The notes beneath the pieces are model-generated. The model was not told the DNA's origin, searched no databases, and worked only from the letters and a program-made list of their open reading frames with translations. 64,000 bases of DNA, taken from the sequence record NC_048053.1; one strand, written 5' to 3'. A program made the position numbers and the translations under genes. This document shows, in pieces, positions 1 to 9,562 of the stretch. Position 1 is the stretch's first letter. Each line of letters opens with the position of its first letter.

Positions 1-14
1 TCAGTTCTCAGAAC

Positions 15-1325
15 ATGATGCGTTATGCGACTCGTATCTCAACTGGTATTCTCGCGCTCGATATGTATCTGGACGGCGGTATTGTTCCGGGCGGCTGGTA
101 CACATTTGCAGGCGGCGAACAAAGTTGTAAATCAACTCTCGCTATGTGTATCGCGGCAGCACTGATCAAACAAAACTTCCGTGGCACCACAAGTTATTTC
201 GACTATGAAGGTTCGGCAGATGAACAGTATGCTGCAAACCAGTTGAAAACTCTCGGTGTTAAAATCGATCCGAAAGAAATCTTTGGCGTTAAAGATGATG
301 AAACTGGCGAATGGCTGGTTCGTCCTCGTATCCGTTATTATGCGCCGGACAACGGAGAGAAATTCTTCGATTACATGTCTGGTATTCGCCGCCGTCTCCC
401 GGATAAGATCGTAGAGAAAAACGGTGAAGCATTCTTTATTTTCGAAAACACGAAAGAAAATAAAAAGCTCGTCGGCAATAACTACGATAAAAAATGGTTC
501 AGCTCACACAACCAATTCAAAGTTCCTGCTCCTGACGCGCACATGCAAAGCCTTACGCTTGTCGATTCTTATCCTGCTATGATGCCGGATCAAGTTGATG
601 ATGACGAAGGCAGTAAAGCGATGGCGTTGCAGGCGCGTATGTTCTCGGACGGAATCAAACGTTTCCGTGGCGGTATGCGTCGTAAGATGATGACCGTTGT
701 TGGCATTAACCAATTGCGTCAAAAACCTGCGACGATGTTTGGCAGTCCTGAATATGAACCGTGTGGCGATGCACTGAAATTTTATTCTGACGTTCGTTTG
801 CGTATGGCGAGCCGTGCTGTTCCGCAAGGTTGGCCTCAGTTGAAAGATGCGCCGGGTATTGTTGGTGAGGATAGCGTGACAGTAGAAGGCGGCATTGACC
901 GTTATCGCTTCATTGCAATTCGCACAACGAAAAACAAAATGGGCGGCATTCCAAACCAAACAACGTGGGTTCGTTTGTGGGAGTCCGATGGCAACGGTGA
1001 AGCGCGTGGTTTCGATCCTGTGTTCGATACGTGGCATTACATGAAAACTATCGGCCTGATCAATGGAACTCGCAACCGCATCAAGTTCAATGATCCGTGT
1101 CCTCTCGCAAGCAAAGTTGCAATCGACTGGCAGGAATTCCGTACTCTGATCAATGGTAACAAAGAACAGATTACGAAAATCTGCAAGAAGATGGGCGTTA
1201 AGCCTAACTCTCTGCGTGCGTGGTGTTTCAAATTCATCACAACTCCGAAAGGAAAAGATTTGCTGCGTAAGAGTATTATTGCAAAAGGCAAATCATCTTC
1301 TGACGATGATGGTGATGATGAGTAA
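15..1325 (+). CDS. recA: RecA/UvsX-like recombinase (frame open to window edge; true start probably upstream)
   Basis: ISTGILALD; Walker A GGEQSCKST; Walker B LTLVDS; INQLRQK; GDALKFYSDVRL (RecA GGNALKFYASVRL); KNK motif. Confidence 0.9.
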   Translation: MMRYATRISTGILALDMYLDGGIVPGGWYTFAGGEQSCKSTLAMCIAAALIKQNFRGTTSYFDYEGSADEQYAANQLKTLGVKIDPKEIFGVKDDETGEWLVRPRIRYYAPDNGEKFFDYMSGIRRRLPDKIVEKNGEAFFIFENTKENKKLVGNNYDKKWFSSHNQFKVPAPDAHMQSLTLVDSYPAMMPDQVDDDEGSKAMALQARMFSDGIKRFRGGMRRKMMTVVGINQLRQKPATMFGSPEYEPCGDALKFYSDVRLRMASRAVPQGWPQLKDAPGIVGEDSVTVEGGIDRYRFIAIRTTKNKMGGIPNQTTWVRLWESDGNGEARGFDPVFDTWHYMKTIGLINGTRNRIKFNDPCPLASKVAIDWQEFRTLINGNKEQITKICKKMGVKPNSLRAWCFKFITTPKGKDLLRKSIIAKGKSSSDDDGDDE

Positions 1326-1331
1326 TTCTTT

Positions 1332-1347
1332 GGCGGGGAAACCCGCC
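1332..1347 (+). terminator. GC hairpin with GAAA loop after recA
   Basis: ggcggg-gaaa-cccgcc followed by ttagttt. Confidence 0.55.
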
Positions 1348-1366
1348 TTAGTTTCAGGAGAAAGTA

Positions 1367-1768
1367 ATGTCTGATTTTCTTCCATCCGATATTCGTCCCG
1401 GAACGATGTTTGATAATCCGGTAGAATATGTTCCGGAACTTTCGCTCGCTCTTTTCAATCGCCTGTTGGTCGAAGTCAAAAAGAACTCAGTAACAAACAA
1501 TCGCTTTGCATTTATGGTTGGCGATGCACTGCGGGAAAGTTTTGATGACTGTCGCCGTGGCGCAAGTGAAATGCGGTTATCGTTGTATTTTGATCCGTAC
1601 ATGAAAGAACTTCCCAAAGAATATTTGGGTGTCATTCTCGGTACTCCAATTTTCGCGAACTCTGGTTTAAATCCGTATGCGCTTATTGCTGTAAGTTTCG
1701 CTGAATCTCGCGACGGCAAATATGATGCACAATATCAGACTGGTGTTGATCTCACACCAAATCTGTAA
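1367..1768 (+). CDS. hypothetical protein (133 aa)
   Basis: ORF with aggag RBS. Confidence 0.75.
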   Translation: MSDFLPSDIRPGTMFDNPVEYVPELSLALFNRLLVEVKKNSVTNNRFAFMVGDALRESFDDCRRGASEMRLSLYFDPYMKELPKEYLGVILGTPIFANSGLNPYALIAVSFAESRDGKYDAQYQTGVDLTPNL

Positions 1769-1771
1769 ATA
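1763..1771 (+). promoter_or_regulatory. CTGTAAATA boundary motif (candidate phage-sigma/late promoter)
   Basis: one of 7 exact copies, all at + strand gene boundaries. Confidence 0.5.
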
Positions 1772-1821
1772 GGTATTGAAGAATTGCTGTGTGTAGTCTT
1801 GCTCTCATAAAGAGCATTTTC

Positions 1822-1848
1822 GGGGCGCTTCGGTGCCCCATTTTTTTT
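1822..1848 (+). terminator. Rho-independent terminator
   Basis: ggggcgc-ttcg-gtgcccc + T8. Confidence 0.85.
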
Positions 1849-1885
1849 AACTCTCGATAGCCCAATGCGGGCAGGAGAAAATCAA

Positions 1886-2665
1886 ATGTCAAACTTCATT
1901 GAAGTGACCGTTATTCGCGATACTCAGGTATTGGACGGAATCATTCATGGCGCATACCGCCGCAATCGTGACGCAATGAAATCCGTTAAGGAAGCGTCAA
2001 AATTTAATAACTCGCAAGAAGTCGAATCTCTCAAGATGATGGTAAATCAAAACTTCTTCGCGTATGTCGATGTTACGAAAAAAGCTGCGGAGTCTGCAAT
2101 CTTCTCTGCGCTCAAACGTGATGACTCAGGTTTCATTACTACCGGTATTCATGTTTGCCAAAATGATTTTCGTGGAAGATCTGCGCAAAGTCCTTCCATT
2201 ATTTTCTCTGATAATCTCGAAGTAATTTCAGATCAGGATTTATCCTCGGCACTGCGTTTGATGTTTATAACGCTTTTTCGAAGTGGCGCAACATTCAAAA
2301 AGGCTTTCCGTTTTTATTGTTCCGGAAACTTCTCAGAGAAATTCTGCCGCTGTTTAGCCGAAGCATATTACAATTTTAAAATCGACGGTGTGGGTCATAT
2401 CCATCCGTACACCGGAACGAAGTCGATGCCTATTCCGGCGCAAGATCTTCACTCGCTGTTCATTGAGAATCGTACACCAAATAAAGAACTGGATAGTGCG
2501 AAATATATTGTTGTTGGCGAAGACCACGCAATTTATTATTCAGACCAGTTGATTGATCGTCTGATTCGATACTGCACTTCTCGCGATATTCCTTTGTACA
2601 TTCCGGAACAGCGCTATCGTCAATTCGTGATTGGAACTCAAATTCATTTTGGAGTAATCGCGTGA
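1886..2665 (+). CDS. hypothetical protein
   Basis: ORF; aggag RBS favours ATG at 1886. Confidence 0.75.
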   Translation: MSNFIEVTVIRDTQVLDGIIHGAYRRNRDAMKSVKEASKFNNSQEVESLKMMVNQNFFAYVDVTKKAAESAIFSALKRDDSGFITTGIHVCQNDFRGRSAQSPSIIFSDNLEVISDQDLSSALRLMFITLFRSGATFKKAFRFYCSGNFSEKFCRCLAEAYYNFKIDGVGHIHPYTGTKSMPIPAQDLHSLFIENRTPNKELDSAKYIVVGEDHAIYYSDQLIDRLIRYCTSRDIPLYIPEQRYRQFVIGTQIHFGVIA

Positions 2666-3240
2666 AAATAAATTTTGTGAACGACACAAACCCTAAAGCG
2701 TATCGTGTCGGTCTGTCTGTGTTTAGCGATTCTCCGGAAATGGAAAAACGCATTACGGACAATTTTAACAAGCAGCCCGAAAAGTTGCATTATTCTCGTC
2801 TTACTCAAATCGTTCGTGATCGCCTGTGTGAGTTTGGCGTCAATATTCCTTTTGAGTGCGGCGCTGTTTTAAATCCTGTTTATGTGATTGCATTTCGTAG
2901 CAGCTTTCTTGCCGTGCCTCTTCGCTTAGTTCAATTTATTGCGGAAGCGCATAGAGAAGTCTACGATCAGGCAGAGGCTTTTGCTGGTTGTCCTCGGCAA
3001 GAACTTGCGGCCTCTGTTACTGCAACGCTTCAAGTTCGCGCCATAGAGCTTGGATATTTGAATCTTGATTTCCGCATTAGCGATTCTATGGATCTGAATA
3101 TTCTGGCTGGATCGTATTCGGTGCATGTTGATTTTTCCAATCAGGTTTTGGAAATCACGCACGAAAAAGTTCGCCATGTCGGAACGATCGATTATATTCT
3201 GTTGGATTTATTTGGAGAACATCATGACTGTAGCCACTGA
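2662..3240 (+). CDS. hypothetical protein
   Basis: GTG start overlapping previous stop (GTGA), ggag RBS. Confidence 0.7.
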   Translation: MKINFVNDTNPKAYRVGLSVFSDSPEMEKRITDNFNKQPEKLHYSRLTQIVRDRLCEFGVNIPFECGAVLNPVYVIAFRSSFLAVPLRLVQFIAEAHREVYDQAEAFAGCPRQELAASVTATLQVRAIELGYLNLDFRISDSMDLNILAGSYSVHVDFSNQVLEITHEKVRHVGTIDYILLDLFGEHHDCSH

Positions 3241-3757
3241 AATCGTTCAAAATTTTATTTCGCATATCTCCGAAAAACTTAACGGCACTCCTGATTATAG
3301 CAACACCGATCAGGGCGTCATGGTTCAAGTTGAAATCAAAGCGTCGCAGAATCTATCGGGGAAAATTGATCTGTCTATCGCGAATGAAGACGAAATCAAA
3401 AAATCTTATCCGCATGGTTTTCATATTCTGCGCGTCTTCGATACGCAATCGTTCCTGATCGCTTCCGGTTATGGCCGACCTGAGCATATGTATGTTTTGC
3501 AATTTGAAGTTTTGGCAAAGCAAGAAAATGAAATGTCGGCAGAAGAAAAAGCCGATGAGAAAGAGCGTATTAAAAATCTCAAAGCGCAGCAACAAGTTGA
3601 GGCAGATTCTCTGGTTCTTACTTCTCTGGAAAATGGAATCGTCGATCTGATTCGTGCCAGTGATGATAAAATTCAGGCGTATGATGAAATGACGGATGCG
3701 AAAAAGAAAGTAATCCGCTCTCATTTGAACACCTTGCTGGCGCTGATGCGTTTGTAA
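3224..3757 (+). CDS. hypothetical protein
   Basis: ggag RBS before ATG 3224. Confidence 0.7.
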   Translation: MTVATEIVQNFISHISEKLNGTPDYSNTDQGVMVQVEIKASQNLSGKIDLSIANEDEIKKSYPHGFHILRVFDTQSFLIASGYGRPEHMYVLQFEVLAKQENEMSAEEKADEKERIKNLKAQQQVEADSLVLTSLENGIVDLIRASDDKIQAYDEMTDAKKKVIRSHLNTLLALMRL

Positions 3758-3837
3758 AAACTTAGCCCACTAACGATTTCCTCCATAATTTATTTTGGTA
3801 GCATAGATTTGTTACTACAATAATAAGAGGACACGTT

Positions 3838-4086
3838 ATGGCGAATCGCGGTGAAATTAGACTCGCATATAATCAGCGTCGTGATCAGTGGTTCTCTAAG
3901 GAGGAAGAAATTTCTTCTGCGAAAACCGTTGCATTCGTTGACTGCCGTATGTTTGTCCAATGCACATCTGATTGTGTTTCCGAACAATCCACCGATAAGA
4001 AAGTAATTTCTTACTACCGTGAGAATGCGCTTGTTGGTCAAGTCGTGTGGGTCGAAGAGGAAGTTCACTTTCGACTTATGATCTAA
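3838..4086 (+). CDS. hypothetical protein (82 aa)
   Basis: gagga RBS. Confidence 0.7.
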   Translation: MANRGEIRLAYNQRRDQWFSKEEEISSAKTVAFVDCRMFVQCTSDCVSEQSTDKKVISYYRENALVGQVVWVEEEVHFRLMI

Positions 4087-4093
4087 AAACCAC

Positions 4094-4130
4094 AAAGGCT
4101 ACTTTTTCTCTGGGGAAAGTGGCCTTTTTT
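4094..4130 (+). terminator. hairpin/terminator
   Basis: aaaggctacttt...aaagtggccttt + T run. Confidence 0.6.
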
Positions 4131-4151
4131 ATTTTTCCGTGAGGATTCTAT

Positions 4152-5969
4152 ATGTCTACTATTTCTTTGTCGCAGAAGAGTCAAGAGATTGCCTCTCTGT
4201 CGGCATCTGTTGCGCAAAAGGAAGCTGCAAAGTTTCTTTTTGGCAAAAACTATTTGAAGATCCTTGAGACAATCGAGAAACTTGCGAAGTCGAAAGTGGT
4301 TGTATCGCCTCAATTGCGTGGTCTGCTTCTGATGATGCGCGATGCGGAAGACGCAGAGATCATTAAGTTTCAGAAATCCGTGCCGGGTAAAGCAACAATC
4401 AAAGCCGCGCAGGATCTGCTTAAAGCAAAAACTCTGGATGCAAGTTTGAAAGCATTTCGAGGGATTAAGGTTGCGAAGAAATGGACGCAAGAGGCAAGCC
4501 AAACAAAAGACGTGACGAAGCCCGTTCCGAAAGTTAAACCTGCTCGCCAGCCTAAACCTGCGCCGGAAGAAAAACCTGTTCTGAAAGTTGGTGAACAAGT
4601 TAAGTCTGCACCGAAAATTGGAACGCCTCAAATTCCCGATCTCACCAATAAACCAAATCCGGATACCAAATTCGGCAAACTGGTTAATGACACCGTTCGC
4701 GTTATCGTGAATGCTGCATACCTGATCGATGATTCGATGATCATGCTGACCAAAAACGGCGGCTATCAAATTCGTATCTATCCAAAAGTTACTGACAACC
4801 CGCGTGAAGATCTCGCTTATGGGATCATTGTTCATAAAGACGAAACTTTCAGTTACGGTGTTTATGACAAAAACGGTATCGGTAAAACTGTTGGCAGTGA
4901 TACCAACATGCGCAAAGCAGTGTCGCATATTATTCACGAAATCGAAACCAACAACCCGACCAATGCTAACGCGTTTCAGGTTGCTTTCGGCAAAGGCAAA
5001 GCAAAAGACGATCATAAATCTGAAACCGTTCTGGTTGATGAAATTTCTGATGTGTTGCCGCAAACTCTGGATAAAAAGTTTGAGAACTATACCGATCACG
5101 TTAAAGCGATTGGCGATAACCTCAAACGAAATATTCCCGGCCTGAAAACTAAATTGCTTCCTCGCGGTCTGGAATTGATCATGGGGCAGGATGAATTCGG
5201 CACGCTGAAATTCGGTGATGGGCGTTGGTTACTCACGCCATATAAACGCGTACACAAGACGGTTGATATCGGGCAGAACTATGACGCAGGCTACGTGATT
5301 CAAACACTGAAAGATATGTTTGAGGCTGATCGTAAACGCGCTGCGCGTAAAGAAAAAACTCATGGCGTAACAGATAACCTGATGTTGAAATACAAACAGG
5401 ATATGATGAGCGCACTGGCAAGTAGCGATCTGAAACTGTTCGACGAAGTTCATAACGGAAAAGAAACCAACGACGATAATCTTGTTTGGGATATGTCGTA
5501 TCGTATGCCCGAAACTGGAATCTCGTTGCCCGTTTCTATTCGCTATAATCGCCGTCGTGGTTACAGCTTTGGATTGAATGGCGCACCTTACACGATGATT
5601 CAACCGGGCGTAGCTCAGAACATTGGTAAGTTTGTTCGCGCTCTCAAATCCACTATTGCCGCTGTTGTGAAAAGTAGCAGTAAAAAATATGCGCTTGTTG
5701 ATGGGCGTCCGTTTACTCCGGGAACTGGCGTGCTGCACGCGAAAGCGAAAGCGGTTGATATTCGCTGCACGCAAACAGCAATTTTCCTTACTGGTAATCC
5801 TGCGGCGGTTTCGACTTTGTTCGACGGAAGTTTCAAACAGCCTCTGCTGGATTCTAAAGGCACGGCAACCGTGAACCGTGCGGCACCGAACAACTATCGC
5901 ATTCTCTGCAATAATGAGGAAGTGCGTGATCAAATCCTGATGGGTGCAAACATCATCCGGAAACTGTAA
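4152..5969 (+). CDS. large basic hypothetical protein (605 aa) with K/P-rich linker
   Basis: long ORF, gagga RBS, VTKPVPKVKPARQPKPAPEEKP linker. Confidence 0.8.
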   Translation: MSTISLSQKSQEIASLSASVAQKEAAKFLFGKNYLKILETIEKLAKSKVVVSPQLRGLLLMMRDAEDAEIIKFQKSVPGKATIKAAQDLLKAKTLDASLKAFRGIKVAKKWTQEASQTKDVTKPVPKVKPARQPKPAPEEKPVLKVGEQVKSAPKIGTPQIPDLTNKPNPDTKFGKLVNDTVRVIVNAAYLIDDSMIMLTKNGGYQIRIYPKVTDNPREDLAYGIIVHKDETFSYGVYDKNGIGKTVGSDTNMRKAVSHIIHEIETNNPTNANAFQVAFGKGKAKDDHKSETVLVDEISDVLPQTLDKKFENYTDHVKAIGDNLKRNIPGLKTKLLPRGLELIMGQDEFGTLKFGDGRWLLTPYKRVHKTVDIGQNYDAGYVIQTLKDMFEADRKRAARKEKTHGVTDNLMLKYKQDMMSALASSDLKLFDEVHNGKETNDDNLVWDMSYRMPETGISLPVSIRYNRRRGYSFGLNGAPYTMIQPGVAQNIGKFVRALKSTIAAVVKSSSKKYALVDGRPFTPGTGVLHAKAKAVDIRCTQTAIFLTGNPAAVSTLFDGSFKQPLLDSKGTATVNRAAPNNYRILCNNEEVRDQILMGANIIRKL

Positions 5970-5972
5970 ATA
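5964..5972 (+). promoter_or_regulatory. CTGTAAATA boundary motif
   Basis: exact copy overlapping stop codon. Confidence 0.5.
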
Positions 5973-5974
5973 TT

Positions 5975-6004
5975 AGGGAGTGGGCGAAAGCTCATTCCCT
6001 TTTT
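5975..6004 (+). terminator. Rho-independent terminator (identical to 15789-15817)
   Basis: agggagtggg-cgaaag-ctcattccct + T run. Confidence 0.8.
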
Positions 6005-6021
6005 CAATTCTGGAGCCAAAA

Positions 6022-6615
6022 ATGTCCTCTGTTTCATGTCTGGTGATTCGCTGTAATCAAAAACAATTCGAAGCGAAAGAAATCTTTTCGTATCTTCGAA
6101 TCAAAGCAAAACTTTCTACCGTCTCTGCTGTTATGCTTGCTGTCGAAGACGCAGGACGCTATTCGTTTTATATTCTGCGCGATCTGTTTTATTTCCGCAA
6201 CGTGTCGAAATCGAAAACTGACAAGCCGTTTACTATCAAGTGGACAGAACATCCGGAACCGGTAACGCAAAACCAATTGCTTGATGGCAACCGCTGGCAC
6301 CTGACGCAGTTTTTTAATTCCGACCGTGGTTTGGATTCCGGATATATGGTTTCAGAATTGCAGACCGCAACCAATGTTAGCCTGACGCATTGCCAACGTT
6401 TCTTTGTTGATCCGGAAACCACTGTTCCGCGCAATCGCGTTAAGCGTGTTGTTGAGCGCAATCCGTTTTTGAAATCTGCTACGGTTGGTGAAATCATTCG
6501 CGAAATGAATCGCCGTGGTTATGAAATGACTTACGCACCGAAAGAGAACAGCAATGAAAAAGATGGGAACGGTAACGGTTCTGTCGTTGAAGGACAAAGC
6601 GCCGAAGAACGTTGA
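6022..6615 (+). CDS. hypothetical protein
   Basis: ggag RBS before ATG 6022. Confidence 0.7.
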   Translation: MSSVSCLVIRCNQKQFEAKEIFSYLRIKAKLSTVSAVMLAVEDAGRYSFYILRDLFYFRNVSKSKTDKPFTIKWTEHPEPVTQNQLLDGNRWHLTQFFNSDRGLDSGYMVSELQTATNVSLTHCQRFFVDPETTVPRNRVKRVVERNPFLKSATVGEIIREMNRRGYEMTYAPKENSNEKDGNGNGSVVEGQSAEER

Positions 6616-7195
6616 TTTGGATATCACGCCAGTTTCTACTGATGACGAGTGGGGCGCGTTAAGTCCTTTTAAACTTGGCCCTTGTCGAACGGCAGGCGGT
6701 ACTTTGTTTTTCAATTTCGAAAATCTCTGGCAGTACAGTAAAGTTTATCCGGAACATCTGGAATCCGATAACGATCTTCTTTGCGGCGAAGTTGCTGCGG
6801 AGTGGTTCCGCTGGCATATGAGCGGCGCACGCGAAAGAAGAGGCATTCGCTATCCTATGGGGAAAGGAGCAAAAGCAAAATTCTCCGTTTGGGGAAACCT
6901 GCGCCTTTCCTATATCTCAGCACGTAAAATGATTTACGTTCCTGAATATTCAAAACTGCTTTTGGCTAACACGAAGTTCCGAAAACTTTTAAGGCAGTAC
7001 AATAAAGGCGCTAACATTGTCATTCGTGATTACGATACTTACGATGCTTTGAAAGCGTATGCGAATAAAAAAGAACATCATCCGTTTCTTTATGCGTTGA
7101 ATAATCCTGATAAGAAATTCGGTCACGGTTTCGTTATTGGCATGGCGCTGATGTTGAACCCTGTTCCCGGATGGTATGATCAATGGGTGCTGTAA
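6554..7195 (+). CDS. conserved hypothetical protein, possible NADAR-like fold
   Basis: LSPFKLGP..GG..F.NFENLWQYSKVY echoes NADAR SNF...EHYFQAQK; RYPMG; ARKMIYVPEY. Confidence 0.45.
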   Translation: MKKMGTVTVLSLKDKAPKNVDLDITPVSTDDEWGALSPFKLGPCRTAGGTLFFNFENLWQYSKVYPEHLESDNDLLCGEVAAEWFRWHMSGARERRGIRYPMGKGAKAKFSVWGNLRLSYISARKMIYVPEYSKLLLANTKFRKLLRQYNKGANIVIRDYDTYDALKAYANKKEHHPFLYALNNPDKKFGHGFVIGMALMLNPVPGWYDQWVL

Positions 7196-7884
7196 TGTAT
7201 AACGTAAACGAACCTCTAAGCCCAATGTTGAGAAATATAAAAATGCGCTCAATGCCTATGAAAACTTTATTTATCAGCGTCACCGATTCTCAGTTTGGTT
7301 CTCATGCCGCTCGTATCACTAATGAACTGGCTAAAGTTCTCCTTGCTGATCCGGTTGAGTCCGTTTGTGTTCTACGCAAAACCAATTCTAATCTGCACGT
7401 TTTCGAAATCTATTTTTGCAAATCTGCGGAGATTGATTTCAACGGCGCAGAATACCACGTTCGTTTTGTTCCTCTTTCGCGTCCGGTAGCAACTTATCCC
7501 GGCACCGGAATGTTCGATCCGTCGATTCTGAATAGCGCTATTGAAAACGGTTCGCTGCTGAACGATCAGCTTTTCACTTCTGAAATGCAACGTGCTTCCA
7601 GACAAACGCTCTCGCCTGTTGTGATGAATGCCTCTGTTCGTCACCGCATCGGTGATTACTCTGCGCATCTGACTGCGAAAGATAACACGATTAAGGCGCT
7701 CAACGACGAACTGAATTTACATCGCGCCGTTCTGCGTAAAGACTATTGGATTTGGGAGGACGATTTTAAATCTAATGGTTTGGACTCATTGAACTGCCCA
7801 ATCTTAATTTCTCCGGAACAGTTACGCAGTCTGATTCTCGCTGCAACGCGAAGTTCAGAACTTGCTTTGGAGATTAGTGAGTAA
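7195..7884 (+). CDS. hypothetical protein with coiled coil
   Basis: ORF coupled to previous stop. Confidence 0.7.
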   Translation: MYNVNEPLSPMLRNIKMRSMPMKTLFISVTDSQFGSHAARITNELAKVLLADPVESVCVLRKTNSNLHVFEIYFCKSAEIDFNGAEYHVRFVPLSRPVATYPGTGMFDPSILNSAIENGSLLNDQLFTSEMQRASRQTLSPVVMNASVRHRIGDYSAHLTAKDNTIKALNDELNLHRAVLRKDYWIWEDDFKSNGLDSLNCPILISPEQLRSLILAATRSSELALEISE

Positions 7885-8201
7885 TGTTCAGCACAATGAT
7901 GTTTATTCGTGTCTTCGGATCTAGTTACATGATCAATCCTACTCTGATTGATGCCGGACGAAAAACTGTCGTAGTAGATCCGAAAGATTTTGTTCCACTG
8001 ATTCCCGGCTTTGTTGTCGGTGCGCCTTACGCTATTTGCCCGTTGCCTAAAATCTTGAAAAAGGTTGGGTGTGATTGGCGAGTAAAATCTTTCGAGCGCC
8101 TCGAATCGGGCAAATGGCGCTACTTGTTTCATTACCTTAATACGGAATGGACAGTAGAAATGATCGTGGGAAAAGATTATGGGAAAGTTATCAAAGGCTG
8201 A
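7884..8201 (+). CDS. hypothetical protein
   Basis: TAATG coupling. Confidence 0.65.
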   Translation: MFSTMMFIRVFGSSYMINPTLIDAGRKTVVVDPKDFVPLIPGFVVGAPYAICPLPKILKKVGCDWRVKSFERLESGKWRYLFHYLNTEWTVEMIVGKDYGKVIKG

Positions 8202-9348
8202 TCAGATTCGTCATGCGCAGGCGATGGATCTAATCAATAGTGATAAACCTCTCACGTTCGATCAGAAACTTTTTGTGTATGAAAACTATTTCGAAAGCGC
8301 TACCAGTAACGTGCGTGAACTCGGAAGTTTTCATACACCTCTTTCTTACGCGTGGGATTTTGAATTAGATATTCAAGGATATGGATCGCTCGTTGACCTG
8401 TGCGCAGGCACGGGCATTTTGTCGTTCTGCTACAGACACCGCATGAAATACTATCATCCGGATGAAGTGCCTACGATTGTTTGTGTGGAAATAAATAAAG
8501 AATACTGCGACATAGGCAAGAGACTTTTGCCCGAAGCAATTTGGGTAAACGATGATGCGTTGACTCACGATGTTTTGCAGTATCTTGATCCGTGTACGAA
8601 ATTTAAGAATGCGATAAGTAATCCACCATTCGGATATTTGAAAACGTCCGAACATATGGGAAAATATCGCGGCAAGGATTTTGAATTTCGAATCATAGAG
8701 CGTGCGTCTCAAGTCGCGGAATATGGTTCGTTCATTATCCCACAACAAAGCGCCCCGTTCACATATTCTGGAACGAGACACTATCAGGAACGAGATAGCA
8801 AAAAATATATCAACTTCCACAAAGATACTGGCATCGAATTAACGGCTGGTATCGGCGTAGATAGTTCCGTCTACAAAGATGAATGGAAAAATACTTCGAT
8901 ACTCTGCGAAGATGTACAAGCAGACTTCACGAAGGAGCCAAACAGAATGAAGCAACGATTGAAATTGATGCACGGCGACACGCTGGAAAAAATCAGAACG
9001 ATTCCTGATACCAGTGTTGACTTGGTAGTGTTCAGTACCGTTAATAAACGTTGGACAGATCCGATTCAAATGCAGGAACTCTATGAAGAGTTTATGCGCG
9101 TGAAAACTGATAACGGAATCATCATCGTTACAACCGGGCATCGTTTAGATCCTAAAACGTATCATGCGCTGATCAAAAAGCACTGTCCTAAAAATGGAGT
9201 GGTGTTAGATCCTTATATGCTGCGCGGATACACCGGATACATTTGCGCGAAACTCCAACTCAAATACATAGGCATAGAGCAAGATCCTCTGTACTATTCG
9301 ATTTGTAAAAGTTTCATTGTTGATGCGTATAAAAAGTTCAGTCAATAA
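8179..9348 (+). CDS. SAM-dependent amino (N6A/N4C) DNA methyltransferase, gamma-type motif order, with C-terminal degenerate beta-MTase-like domain
   Basis: motif I DLCAGTGIL precedes motif IV NPPF; C-terminal LMHGDTLEKIRTIPDTSVDLV...VLDPYMLRG...YIGIEQD. Confidence 0.8.
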   Translation: MGKLSKADQIRHAQAMDLINSDKPLTFDQKLFVYENYFESATSNVRELGSFHTPLSYAWDFELDIQGYGSLVDLCAGTGILSFCYRHRMKYYHPDEVPTIVCVEINKEYCDIGKRLLPEAIWVNDDALTHDVLQYLDPCTKFKNAISNPPFGYLKTSEHMGKYRGKDFEFRIIERASQVAEYGSFIIPQQSAPFTYSGTRHYQERDSKKYINFHKDTGIELTAGIGVDSSVYKDEWKNTSILCEDVQADFTKEPNRMKQRLKLMHGDTLEKIRTIPDTSVDLVVFSTVNKRWTDPIQMQELYEEFMRVKTDNGIIIVTTGHRLDPKTYHALIKKHCPKNGVVLDPYMLRGYTGYICAKLQLKYIGIEQDPLYYSICKSFIVDAYKKFSQ

Positions 9349-9361
9349 TTAAAGGGAACGT

Positions 9362-9562
9362 ATGAGGAAAACTCCGGTTGCTGTTTGTATAAATTCTGCG
9401 TTGCTTCGTGGAGCAACACTTGCCACATATTCTCCGTTTCAGGAAGAAACTTATAACTGGCATTACGTTCCTATTTCTGATGAGGAATTTCTACGTCGCG
9501 TGTTGGCAAACGGCAAGTCTGTTATATTAAAGGATCGACGATGGGTAAGCTCAAAGTTTTAG
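9362..9562 (+). CDS. hypothetical protein (66 aa)
   Basis: ORF with aaggg RBS. Confidence 0.55.
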   Translation: MRKTPVAVCINSALLRGATLATYSPFQEETYNWHYVPISDEEFLRRVLANGKSVILKDRRWVSSKF

